Positions 40,201 through 52,135 of a stretch of 64,000 bases of DNA are shown here, in pieces. Within the stretch, counting starts at the first letter, position 1, and each line of letters opens with the position of its first letter. Below the pieces are notes generated by a model that saw only the letters and a program-made list of their open reading frames with translations, did no database searches and had not been told where the DNA came from. This DNA comes from Gordius albopunctatus (Eukaryota): positions 2,356,001 through 2,420,000 of the forward strand of contig OZ193909.1 in the NCBI GenBank assembly GCA_964276515.1, read 5' to 3'. A program made the position numbers and the translations under genes.

Positions 40201-43200
40201 AAAGATATGGGAGATTGTCAAATTCAAAATGGTGGCTGATTTAATGGTACACATTTTCCGATATGAAACATATGACACGGGCTTGGGTGTAGCCAAGAAG
40301 GGGCCCCCTCTAAATCCATAAATTTGTTAAAATTTATTAAAATATTAGGTAAAATTTCAAAAAATGATCATTTTGCCCTTCCCTAAGTCATTATTGCCCT
40401 CCTCTAATCCAAATGTTGGGTATGCCCATGGCATAGTTTACGTAGTGAATGAGTACAAAAAATAAATAAAAATTAGAAATGATATTTTCTATAATTTTAA
40501 AATTTATTAAAATCCAATATAAATTTATGAATTAAAATAAAAATTTATAAAAATTAGCGCGATCTTCTACTTACCGATGCAATATCGCGAATGAGAGAGG
40601 TTTTCATACCCATATCCATTTTAAATGCTTTGTTACCAATTATATCCTTCAAGCAAAAATAATTTAATTTAAAAATATTTTAATCTAAATAGGGAAACTA
40701 ATTCAGTTAACAAACTAACCTATAGCCGTTTGTGTCACATTTTAATTGAAACAAAAATAATTCATTCGCAATCTTCTTAGCTAATTAAATTTCAAATAAG
40801 AAATTGAAAATTGCCCAGCAGATAAAATCCAAAAACTAGGAAACTCAATAACAAGAAAATGAAATAGATTTATTATTTAAAAAAATTTAACAGGAAACAT
40901 TATGAAAAATTTCTAAGGTTAAGATACCCTTTTTTAATATACAAAAGATAAATTTACGCTCTTTTTAAGGGTTTTATAGTCTTAGGCTAAAATATTAATG
41001 GACTTCAAAATATATCAGAATAATAATTTTAGAGTTGAAATGCTGTATAAAAAATTTACGAAATATGTTGTATATTTACCAAAGAAGTGATGTAAAAATA
41101 ATTTTAAATCTCGATAACAAATTTTAGAAATATATATTTAAATTTTCTTTCTTCAAATATTTTGAAAAATAAATGTGTATTAAATGTGAAATATATATAA
41201 CTTTAAGGGTTCCTTTGGAGCAATATTCCATGAGAACGAATAATTGGGGTGGATTAAAGGAGATCGATACAAAACGGCATAGATTTGTGTGTTGAACTTC
41301 CCTAATCTTAAAAACAATTAACAAAAATTTTAAATTATACGTTTTTTGAGATAAATTAAAAAATACTCTTGTCGTCATTAAACTTATCTTTTAATCACAA
41401 TACCAAGAAACTATCGAAATTTAAGCATTTAATAGGTTTTCCCATCTAAAGTATTGCGTTTTTACTATTAGTAAAAGCGGTATAAAAAGAGAAACTCTTA
41501 TTAAAAATTACACTATAAATATGAGTTTTCTACGAAAAATTAAGCTATAATATCGTACTCATAGGTATGGGCATAGCAAGCATTGGAATTAGAGGGGGGG
41601 GGGGGCAAGGATTATTTATTGAACTTTTAGCCATAATTTTAATAAATTTTAACTCATAGGGGTTAGTGAATGTGTGATTTTATATTTTAATGACTTTTCA
41701 ATCAATCAGTATCTAAACCCTATAAAGTGGGAATAGAGCAGGGGTAGAGCCATGCACGGGCCGCCCGAAGCTCGACCCGGCTCGATCGGTTTTCGGGCCG
41801 GGTCGGGCAAAATTTTATAATATAATCGGGCCTCGGGTAGAACTAAAACAAATTAATCTCTTATAAAATAGGATCTAAATAAAATTCGATGTTAAATAAT
41901 TATTTTTCGCACAGCGTACATTATATAGCTTCCAAACTTAAGCTTTTTCCCTTGTCTATTATAATATAACTGACCTGAATTGCAAATCTTATTCTAGTAT
42001 TTAAATAGATTTATAGTAGCTGTTAAAACTTTAGAAATAAGATAAGTAAATATTTCAAAAGGTTTTTTTTTGTTTGAACTGTTGAAAATATATATTATAA
42101 AGTTAAATTTTTAGCTTTAAATGATTAACCGAATAAATTATAACGAGTGAAAAATTTTTATTTCAAACTTATCCTAGTTGTAAATAAGTGTAATAACAAT
42201 CTAATGCATTTTATATTAAGATGGTGAAATAATTTTCAAAAACATATTTCTCAAAAATTTTATTTAAAAAATCGGGTCGGGCTCGGGTCGGGCCAAAAGT
42301 AAAAAAATCTCTCGGGTCGTGCTCGGCGGAAGAAATATCATTTTGCAGGGCTCTAAGCAGGGGTGAGATGTGACTATGTCATTCAAAGATGGACAAAATG
42401 ATTTTTAAATATTTTAATTGCTATGCAATTTATGGTCTCGTTTTTTTTGTCCGTCGTCCACCAAGTTATTTACACCAGCTTCCCGACTTGCAAGGTTGGG
42501 GATCGAGACCCGGAGAGGACAAATTTTTTTTTTTTTTAATAATATTAATATATTGTTCTCGTTAATACCATTGATAATATTACTTTTTGACCGTCCGCAG
42601 GCTACTGACCAATTGAAAAAATGACCATTGGCCAAATAAATCGAAATTTTATTTTTTGTTTTTTTTGACTTGTATGTATTTATAGACCGTTGTAATGATC
42701 TGAAACGTCGACATTCCCCCCCCCAGAGATGCATCAAGATTTTAAGGATTTGAAAGATTACGGAGCATCTACTACAATTGCTTGGGTCACCAAAATGTTT
42801 TTAGACAAAAAATTTGCGGTTCACCCAAAATTTGTTAAAGATTTAGAGAAGTATTATGCTGCACATACTGAATCCCTCAAATTTTGTTAAATTATCTATA
42901 ATATAATATATTTATTTTCTATTATTGTTTCATTTTATTATATAATAAACATAAAACACAACTTTATTATTTCATTATCTATATAAATAACATAAAAAAT
43001 TCTACAATTTCAATACCAGCATGGTATGACTGGTTATAGCGAACAACTTACTGACTTGCAGGTTGGGGTTCGAGACCCGGAGAGGACAAAGTTTTTTTAT
43101 TTTTTTTTAAAATTAAATTAATATTATATTCTTGTTAATACTATGGATAATATGACTTTTTGACCGCCTGCAGGCTACTGACCAATAAAAAAATGACCAT

Positions 43201-46200
43201 TGGCCAAATAAATCAAAATTTTTTGTTTTTCGTTTTTGAATAGGTTAACATTGATAATTACCCTATGCCCTCCCCTACAAGGGCCTATGCCTCTATGTTA
43301 TATTATTAACTATTTGAAAAAAACGACCATTGGCCGAATTTGTGATTCGAAATTTTTTTTTTCGTTTTTTTTAAATTGGTTGCCATTGATATTTACCCTA
43401 TGCCCCGTCAGTCCAATTATTTTGCATTTAATACCCCCCTATAGAGATTCTCGCTCCTCCCCACCTTTCTCGCCCATAAATTGCATAGCAAATATGCCAC
43501 TTTTATACAGAGTATAGAAGAGTCCCCCCTCCCCTACTCCCATTGCCCCCTTCCCCTTACCACGAGGGCCGAAGCCCCGAGTCGTTTATATCGTTTAATC
43601 TATAGTATATTTCAAGATGGCGAGCGACTCCCATTTACCTACCTGAATCTAGCTACACTCATGAAAATAATGATAAAATTATCTAAAATTCCACAATAAA
43701 TAAATAAATAAATAAATATCATGCATGACGGGGGAGGGGCATCTGCCCCTCTTTGCCTTAGAACCCTGAAAAAATTAGTTATTTAATTATTGATCATTGC
43801 CATAAAATAATATAATATGGATAGGAAATTATACAAAAGTCGTTTTAAAACATACCATTTGCAATTCGATTAATATCTGCCGATTTATATGGAGCCTTTT
43901 GTCCACCCTTACCTCTTGAACGGACACTTGTATTCCCTTATGTTAAATTTTATTTAATAAATAAGTAAAAGTTTATAAAATATTTTTTTTTAAATATAAG
44001 AAAAAAACGATGTAAAAATTCAAAAAATTATTTATTATTAGTTAAAGCCTTTACTCTATATTCTCCGTGCAAACGCAGAGCCGTAAAAGGCGAGGGTGTA
44101 ATTAAATTGTCTACATCCCGAGGTTCAATGTCATCTTTTACATCTAGCAAGTCCTTATAAATAAATAATTAAATAAATTAATAAATAAATAATTATACGG
44201 TTTTTGATAGTTTATTCGTAGAAATTTGACTTTTTTCGCCTTCAATCATTTTGATATCTTCTAAATGAGCTTCCCACCACCTATCCATTAACGCTGCCTC
44301 ATATTTCATTTTTCTAAATATAATATTTAATTTTAATGTTCTAAGCAGCAAATATAATTTTTATATAATAATTTATTAAATTTGAATCTATAACAGCATT
44401 TACATGCTACATAGAATGTTGTAGAATTTTGTTTTTTTAAATTATAGGGACTGGCAATACCCCCCTACCAATTTAGAGATTCTTATAAAACAAAATTTTT
44501 ATTAAAAAAACAAAAAAAATTATTTTTATCAGTATATAATTTAATAACATTAATAAAAAATATTTTTTTTACAAATAAATAAGATTTCGAAATATATATG
44601 AATTATATTTTAAAACTTATCTACTTACCTGTATAATATGCCTGCGACAATCAAGGCTAAAAGGACCAGAGAAACCAATATAATAGCAACGATAGCTAGA
44701 GGAGAGAGCGGCTCTATGATAAAGTTTCAAATTTATTTTAAAAAATTAATCATGCGTTGCGGCGGTATATAATAAAGTCTAATCTTTTAAACAAGAGTTG
44801 TAAGTTATTTTTAAAGGGACAAGATTGTAAACAAAATCGTAATCCATATAAAATACAAATAAAAAATACAAAAACTTCAAAACTTTTTAATTTATTAAGT
44901 CTTAACATTAGCAATCTTAATAAACTAAAATATTTAATTGATTTGTTTTTCATTTATTTGTAATAAATAAAACATCGTACCACGAGGAACGCAATTAGGA
45001 TTATCATCTTTATAGCCACATGCTGGTTCATTCAAAGGCGCAATTACACCCCGTTGAGGCCATTGCATACTCTTGCCTTCAACATCGTACAATTTGTTCT
45101 TCGAATCGTAAAACATGACGGGCTAAATAAAACCCATAAAAAATAAAAAAAACTTAGCGAATGTTGCAAAAAAACTGAGCATCTAGTAATAAAAATTGGA
45201 AGTTTTCTCATGATTTTTGGGCTTACCACCCAATTGTCAATTTTAGGGTCAAAATCCCAGAGGGTAAATTCAAAATCTTGATCCCCAGAGGTGGTGATAT
45301 CAACTTTTCCAAAATCACCTTGATATTATAAAACATTTAATTGTATATGAAAGATAAAGTTTTTTCACAGATAAGCTTACAGCATGGGCGTAAGCAAGGG
45401 GGGGGGGCAGGGGGGCGGCTGCCCCCCTCTCAATTTAAAAATTTATTAAAATTTATTAAAATTATGGCTTAAATTTTAAAAAATGATCATTTTGCCCCTC
45501 ATTGGTAAAGTAAAAATCGATAAATTTATGCTTTTAATATTAAAATTTATAAAACCTGTAAATGTTTGGTTACACATTTTGTTTACCATCGAGAAGCCAT
45601 TATATGGATTACCCTGTTCTTCTATATGTCTTTTCAACGTAGAAGCGTAAACCAATAAAGCATTATAAAAACCCATAATTATCGGATTTACCTATTCAAA
45701 CAATTATTATCTTTATAATATTTATCAAAGTTTATGCAATTTTGTTGAAATATATTTTTAAATTTATAAATTAGAAAGAATTTTGATTAAAAAAAGCATT
45801 TATTTTTAAAATAGGTTGTAAATTTAGATTATATTAGATTAGAGGGGGTGGGGCAAAAATGTCTAAATAACGGGTTTCTGATAGTTTTTTTGAAGTATAA
45901 TATATTTTTAATTAGGATGGACGGGGCATTTGCCCCCCCCCCACTACTTCCCTAATAATATTCCCACAAATAACAATGTGAATAAATAATGAAGGGATAA
46001 AATAATATTTGATTAAAACTACATCTTCACGCCCGAAGAAGAAGTTGAAATCATTGAGTTGAGCTGTTAAATTTTTTAGAGTTTCCTTGAATTTGACTAC
46101 TTTAGGATCTTCAGAAGTTCTGATAGTCATCAGAATCACCGATTCATAAGCCTTTTTTAAATCCTAATACATAAACGTATCTATATATATTTTTTTAGTC

Positions 46201-48903
46201 AAAAAAATAAGTTTAATAATATTAAATTTTTACATTTATACATTACTATAAATATCAGGAAAACATTCATATATCGCGATTGAATTATATTTACAAATGG
46301 TAATTGCAATTTTCTGCCTCATAAAAAATGCAATCTTATATAAAACACTTTCTAAATTTTATAGAACCTTAAGGTTAAATATTAGCTAAGCTCAAAACTT
46401 AAAAATCGTTGTATTTACTATTTTAGAAAGAGCTAAGTATTCTAATAAATACAATCAATAGCATTCAACTCGAAAATTTTGGATACCGCAACCATAAGGA
46501 GACATAGTTGTTTTCTTTAATCTTAAGATGATAAATTTATTTAATAAATAAAAATGTATAAATCTGAAAAAAGGGCCAAAAATTATATTTCAAAAATAAA
46601 ATTAAAAAAAGGTTGTTAAAGTTTATTACTTCTATCCTTTCACCGCTTAAATCAAATAGTGATCCCTTAAAACAGGAACATTCATATAATTCCGTCGTTA
46701 TAAATACGTAATCGCCCCCTTGGAGCAAACCTAGGTCATAGGCATTGAGTAGGAGCATTTTTTTAGTTGGGTAATTCGTTTCCAACACGAAAACTGTAAT
46801 TTTATAACAAACAAAAACACAACAAATTATTTAAAAATTAAATATTTTATCTACAGAAAATGGATTTTATTCATAATTTTTTATTTTTTAATGGAATATT
46901 TTTATTTGATTGAATGATGTTTCAATAAGGGACCGATTGATGAGCGTAGCCAAAGTTTGGGGGCAATTGATAATTTTTGAAGTTTTAGCCATGATTGTAT
47001 CAAAATTTAAAGATTTTTAGAATTGAGGGGGCATCAGTCCCTCCTTGCCCCCCCCGGCTACGCTTACACCATATCAATTACTTTTATTAATTATTATTGC
47101 AATAATTATCCATTTAAAAAGCTTCAAAAATTTTATAAAAATTAATAAAAGTGATGGAAAGCTTTAGCTTCCAACTTAAAATTAATCAGGATGAGAAATT
47201 CTCATGGGCTTAGCCAGCATTGGGATTAGATCGGGGGGGGGGCGATAATGATTAAGGAAAGGGCGAAATGATCATTTTCGGAAATAAGGCATAATTTTAA
47301 TAAATTTCAACAATTTTTTGGATTTAGTGAGGGACTGTCGTTCTTCCTTGCCCTCCCCCCGGCTACCCCCATGAAAATTATAAACTAACGAAAATAAAAT
47401 TAAATTTAAAAAACAAAAATAACCCCTGGCCATTAAGCTTCCCGACATCAGCTGCAGCAGAAAATTGCTATTGGGGTTTTCCAAGCTAATCGTCATGTAA
47501 GAAACGGGTTGGAGTTTGGTGTAAGTTAGTATCTGAATACCTAAATTTTCCACGATAGGATATTCCTCGACCTCGTATATGAGAAAGTAATTTGTCCAAG
47601 AGAAACGTTCTAGTATAGCATTTAGGGCATTGACCACATCATAAACGCTCCAAGACGTTCGTACGGCCGTTGGCCAAATTAATTTGTTATTGAGATAAGG
47701 TCCCATAGGGGTTATAATGGGCAGTCCCCATCTAGAAGCTAGGAAGGAAGCGGAGAAAAATTCTGTCAAACACACGGGACCTATGAAGGCTGAAACCTTT
47801 TAAAATAGACACAAGGTGGTAAATTGCAATTTATTTTTGGGAATGAGTTTGAGTCAACTTTAAATGGCTCTTTTTAAAAATATCAACTATTTCCCTGTAA
47901 TTATTGATTGGTGACACAACACCAAATTATTTTAAATAGTTATACAATAAAAGGGTTGAAATATTTACAATACTCTACTTTAAGGGAAGCACATAAAAAA
48001 TTATTAGGAACTGGCTCGGGAGGGACTGAAAGTTTTCCGAACGGGTCAGGGCGATCCGACCTCCTAAGAACGGCTCGTTGCAGATTTCTCTTACATTACT
48101 ATAAACACCCTTAGTATGTAATCCATTTTAAATACGAAGGTTCCAACAATTTTTTTGTTTCATCTTAACCCACAAAGCATTAATTCTTGCATGGGTGTAG
48201 GCGAGGGGTCGCAGGAAGGGGCGGCTACCCCCTCTAAATCCAGAAATCCTTTACAATCACATGAAATTATGGCTAAATTAATCATTATTGCCTACCCCCT
48301 CTAATTCCAAACCCAAAAATAATGTATCTTTCTCATTAATAAAATGCAAACCCAAGTTACTTTTTGTTTAAAGTATAATTTCGAAAGTCTGTAAGCCGTG
48401 AATTCTTCCGCGCAACGGCTATACATAAAGGAACCTGAATCATCGGCCCCGCTGTCGGTTATGATTAAATCTATTTTTGCCACAGTTCCCAATACTTTGG
48501 TAGCTGCTCTCAACGCTAGCAATAGGGTGCCATAAGATTTTTCTAAAGTAAACGGTAATTCACCGAAGAACGGGATTAGGACGGCTACGGAAAACTCGAA
48601 ATTACTACCATCAGCTGATGAAGAATTTGGTGAATTAGTGAGGAGCTGACGTCTAACTACTTGATCAGCTGATCGACCTATAATTATACGTGGCAGAGCT
48701 ACGATTGATTGCAATATGGTTGAGGGCGTTTTGGGGTGATTTGGTAACGATTGGTGTCCAGGCCTAATGATATGACTCATATTAATTAGGTCGTCACGTC
48801 TGTAAATGTCCTGTGTTGCGTGTTGATGTAATTTACTGATATGCCGAGGAACTTGGGAAAAACTATAAACTATTATAACAAGTGGAAGCGTGTTAGAAAC
48901 CAT
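34258..48903 (-). CDS. Single-pass receptor guanylyl cyclase (natriuretic peptide receptor/ANF-receptor type), 23 exons
   Basis: Exons (minus): 48903-48361, 47796-47424, 46793-46630, 46163-46023, 45691-45556, 45318-45227, 45122-44981, 44713-44629 ([25 protein letters not shown]), 44313-44199, 44153-44055, 43936-43856, 41306-41202, 40646-40575, 39874-39709, 38830-38657, 37592-37421, 36832-36686, 36485-36362, 36267-36199, 35913-35739, 35429-35331, 35196-35105, 34611-34258. Ectodomain VSAFIGPVC; pseudokinase HGDLRSS, VAPELLR, GDVYSF; coiled coil [11 protein letters not shown]; cyclase [36 protein letters not shown]. The start codon is less certain than the rest. Confidence 0.93.
41745..42355. 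mobile_element. Non-autonomous hAT element
   Basis: TIR TAGAGCCATGCA...TGCAGGGCTCTA, perfect 8-bp TSD AGCAGGGG, TCGGG subterminal arrays. Confidence 0.9.
42415..43590 (+). mobile_element. Non-autonomous Helentron (HINE/DINE-1-like), subfamily B
   Basis: 5' TAATTGCTATGCAATTTAT, GTCCGTCGTCC microsatellite, internal repeats, 3' subTIR at 43476-43494, terminal hairpin GGGCC-GAA-GCCCC. Confidence 0.8.
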
Positions 48904-49810
48904 AATAATTATTTTATGAGGCGCAACAATCAAGATTCTCGATTGCTTATCACTATTTTTTAAATACAATCTTTAATGCTGTAAAATTTAGTAACTTAAA
49001 GTTAAGTAATTAAATTGATATAACAATAAACTTGTGTAATAAAATTTTTGTATGCTAAATTGTTAAAAATGACATTATAAACATGTGTGCAAGGCTCTAT
49101 AACACTTAGGTTCAATTAATTTTAATTTGCCAGAGATAAAAACATGAAAAGATATTAGATCATATGGAGGAGAGTCAAAAACGACAAATTAGTGACATAA
49201 ATTATTTTCTTAAGGCAGAGCCGTTTTTATATTTATTTTTAATATAAGAATTAACTGATTACGAGTGAATTATTTATAAAACTGAAAATATTTAGTTTTT
49301 AATGGGGATTAGGAACATGCAAAGTGCTGCCTATAATCGACAAAATTTCATTTTTCAGATCTACACAGGATTAACAGGATTATGCTATGATGAGTCTAGT
49401 CTCAATTTGAATCAGAAGGGTATGATAATAATAATTTTTTAGAACTAAACTAAAATTATGTTAAATATTAGAGTTGTGGCTATCTGGGAAGCAGTGGGAG
49501 ATAGCTGCCTCTGCCTGCCTCCAACTAGCTGGCCACTTAGAAACTGCAATAGATGTCTGAGCTTTAAAAGGCAAATGATAGCGGCATATAGTAACAGTTA
49601 TTCTAACCAATTTTTTCCGTTCATCAAGTTGTTGAGTTGAACCCAGTTTCAAATTTATTTTAGAAGACTTTATGCCCCCCCCCGTAATGACCAGTTTTTA
49701 GCTATACGACGTATCACCTTTAAGTAGGTTTGATGAAGTTGGATTTCCTTGGCCGGCAAATTTGTTGCTGATTGCGCTTGATCAAAAAATTAGCCAAGGG
49801 GTAATAATAA

Positions 49811-50102
49811 CACTGGTCAACAAATAATGGACTTGTGAAATTAACCTGCGAACTATTTGCAGATTCTGGTAGAGTTTTTTCACGGTGAACACAAATATGT
49901 TTTTAGTTTTATCCCTATACGTCAAGTTTTTTAAATATCCGCTGTCAAAGTTGCTAAAATCGCGTTTTTGGCAACTTTGACAGCGAATATTTAAAAAACT
50001 TGACGTATAGGTAAAAAACTAAAAACATATTTGTTTTCACCGTGAAAAACTCTACCAGAATCTGCCGACAGTTTGCCGGTTAATTTTTCTTGTTGAACCG
50101 TG
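49811..50102. mobile_element. Foldback (palindromic) Tc1-type MITE
   Basis: Arms of about 120 bp are near-perfect reverse complements around aaaatcgcgttttt (about 49962). Termini CAC.G.TCAACAA with a right-flanking TA. Confidence 0.85.
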
Positions 50103-50726
50103 TAATTAAACGAACATAGCTCGCAAAAATATATATCTTTAATAGTTCAAAAGTTGGTATAGCTAACTCAAAATGAAAATTAATGTATAAAAATATTCAA
50201 AACACTAAATACTAATGATTAAAAAAAGCTAATCGCCTAGATGAAATAATATTTATCGAATAGAGAACTGCAAGGGTGACCCGAAACCCAACCCGGTATC
50301 GGGTCAAGTCGTTAAAAACTTCTAAATGTCTTTTGGTCGAGTCGGTTTCCGGTTGAAAATTTTAATAAGCTTTTGGGTGGGGTTGGACTTAAAGTGTAGG
50401 CTCAGGTTATAAATCTTACATTGCAAATTACACGTCACATATCTTTTAAATAATGCTCTTATGTATAATATTTTTTAATTATTATTATCGAAATGTATAA
50501 TTGAAGATCATTCATTTAAATATTAAAATACCTTTTATTTTTCTAAATCTGATTGTTTAATGTAGACGCAAATTTAAATTTGACTCGAGAAGGGTAAAAT
50601 ATATCAACAAAACAATATCTTCAAATTGTATTAAATGGTGTGAAGTGGTTGTTATTAATTTAAACTACATAAATATATAATTTAGAAGATAATAACAACC
50701 CCTTCCAGGAGTGCCCGCATTTAAAT

Positions 50727-52135
50727 TTTGTTTTTTTAGAATTGACATGCTTTATTAAATAAAAAGTATTAAATATTGAACGGAATTGTTAAAATGATAC
50801 AAGAACAAAAACATTTATAAAAAAAATGATTAAAACACATTATCCGTATCTTCATCTTTGAGAATGGGCATTGAATCCATCAAAGAATAAAAATTAGATT
50901 TAGCGATCGCGATGGCAATTGATTGCCGTAGTAAAAAACTATTCGATATTTTAACAGGGGGCGAGCGTTTATTGAGTTCTTTAAAAAAATTTAATGCGCT
51001 CTTCCCAAACGTCCCTGAGCACGACGAGACGATAGGAATAAAAATCGAGGTTTGGGATAAAGCTGAATATTTTAAGGATTTCCGATGCTCTGCCGATCCA
51101 AGGGGGTCGTGAGTATCGTTGGAGGGGGAAAATAGGTAAATACAGGTGTAGTCCCATTTTAGGAAAAGGCCTTTGTCTAATGGGATAAGAGACGAACCGT
51201 CCGGAAGCATCCGCCCTTCGAGAGAGGGATCTGAAGGTTCAAGGATCGAAGGGACTTTTGCCCGTTTGAGGGCAGCTTGAAGCAGTGTATTTATTTTTTG
51301 GTGCCTACCATGCCGGCTTTTGTTAAATTTACAATGGAGAGGGTGACGTGCTTCCTCATCTACAAGTGAATTACAAAGCCGGCAGGGGTATGGGGACGTG
51401 TATTTAGAGCCCAAGCGGAGGGCTATATTGTAGGACAGGGTAGGATTCTCCAAAAACATACCCGAAAACTTAGTAGGGTAAGCTTCAAGCCATTTATGAC
51501 CGGATTGGTCGAAAGCCAATGAGCTAAGATTGTAATGCTGTTTGGCGTCGCATGTCGAGAGAAGGTAAGCAACGGACCGCGACACCAAACTTGCATCCAA
51601 ATCATTTTGAGCGTATGATTGTGGTACATTAGCTCCTGCATTGTCGTTCTCATTCCATAAGGATAGGGCTTGATTTATGGAGGGATTAAGTGGGAATGGG
51701 ACAAGGTCGTTGATATGATGTTTGAAAGATAGAGAGGAAGAAATGAAGGCGGCTAGGGAAATCGCAGATGGGGAGCGAATACCTAGGCCACCGGATTTTG
51801 TGGGAAGTGTGGCTTGAAGCCAAGTATTCGTGTTAAAGGAAATATTTAAAATTGATTCAAGAGTGGATTTAAAAAAGTTTTCACAGTCGTGTAAAACTTC
51901 TTTAAATAAAAAAGCTTGGGTGGAGCGGAAGCAGAATAAAATTTTGCTAAAATTTGGTTTTTGAAAAAGAGTGGTTTTTGTCTGAAAATTTTTGAGACAT
52001 TCAGGGCCCCCTATAGGTGCGCCTAAAACATACATATTGTCTTTTTTAATTTTGGCAAAGTCAAAAAACTTTGACTGAATGGTATCCAAGTCAGAATATA
52101 TTTCACTTTTAGAGGCGTTTAAACATAAGTTTAAA
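50727..52135 (-). mobile_element. 5'-truncated CRE-like non-LTR retrotransposon with restriction-like endonuclease (ORF 52089-50830)
   Basis: RT thumb VLGAPIG and LPTKSGGLGI, CCHC knuckle CRLC...HPLHC, RH, PDG...WDYT...AEHRKSLKY endonuclease. 3' UTR has AATAAA and a short A-tail near 50727-50737. Confidence 0.85.

Noticed and set aside
43018..43090. tRNA gene
   Set aside because: No pairing acceptor or anticodon stems; it is repeated cargo inside a HINE.
49458..49800. GC-richer patch with short ORFs on both strands and a GCTATCT/AGATAGC hairpin
   Set aside because: No recognisable protein or ribozyme fold; probably an old TE remnant.
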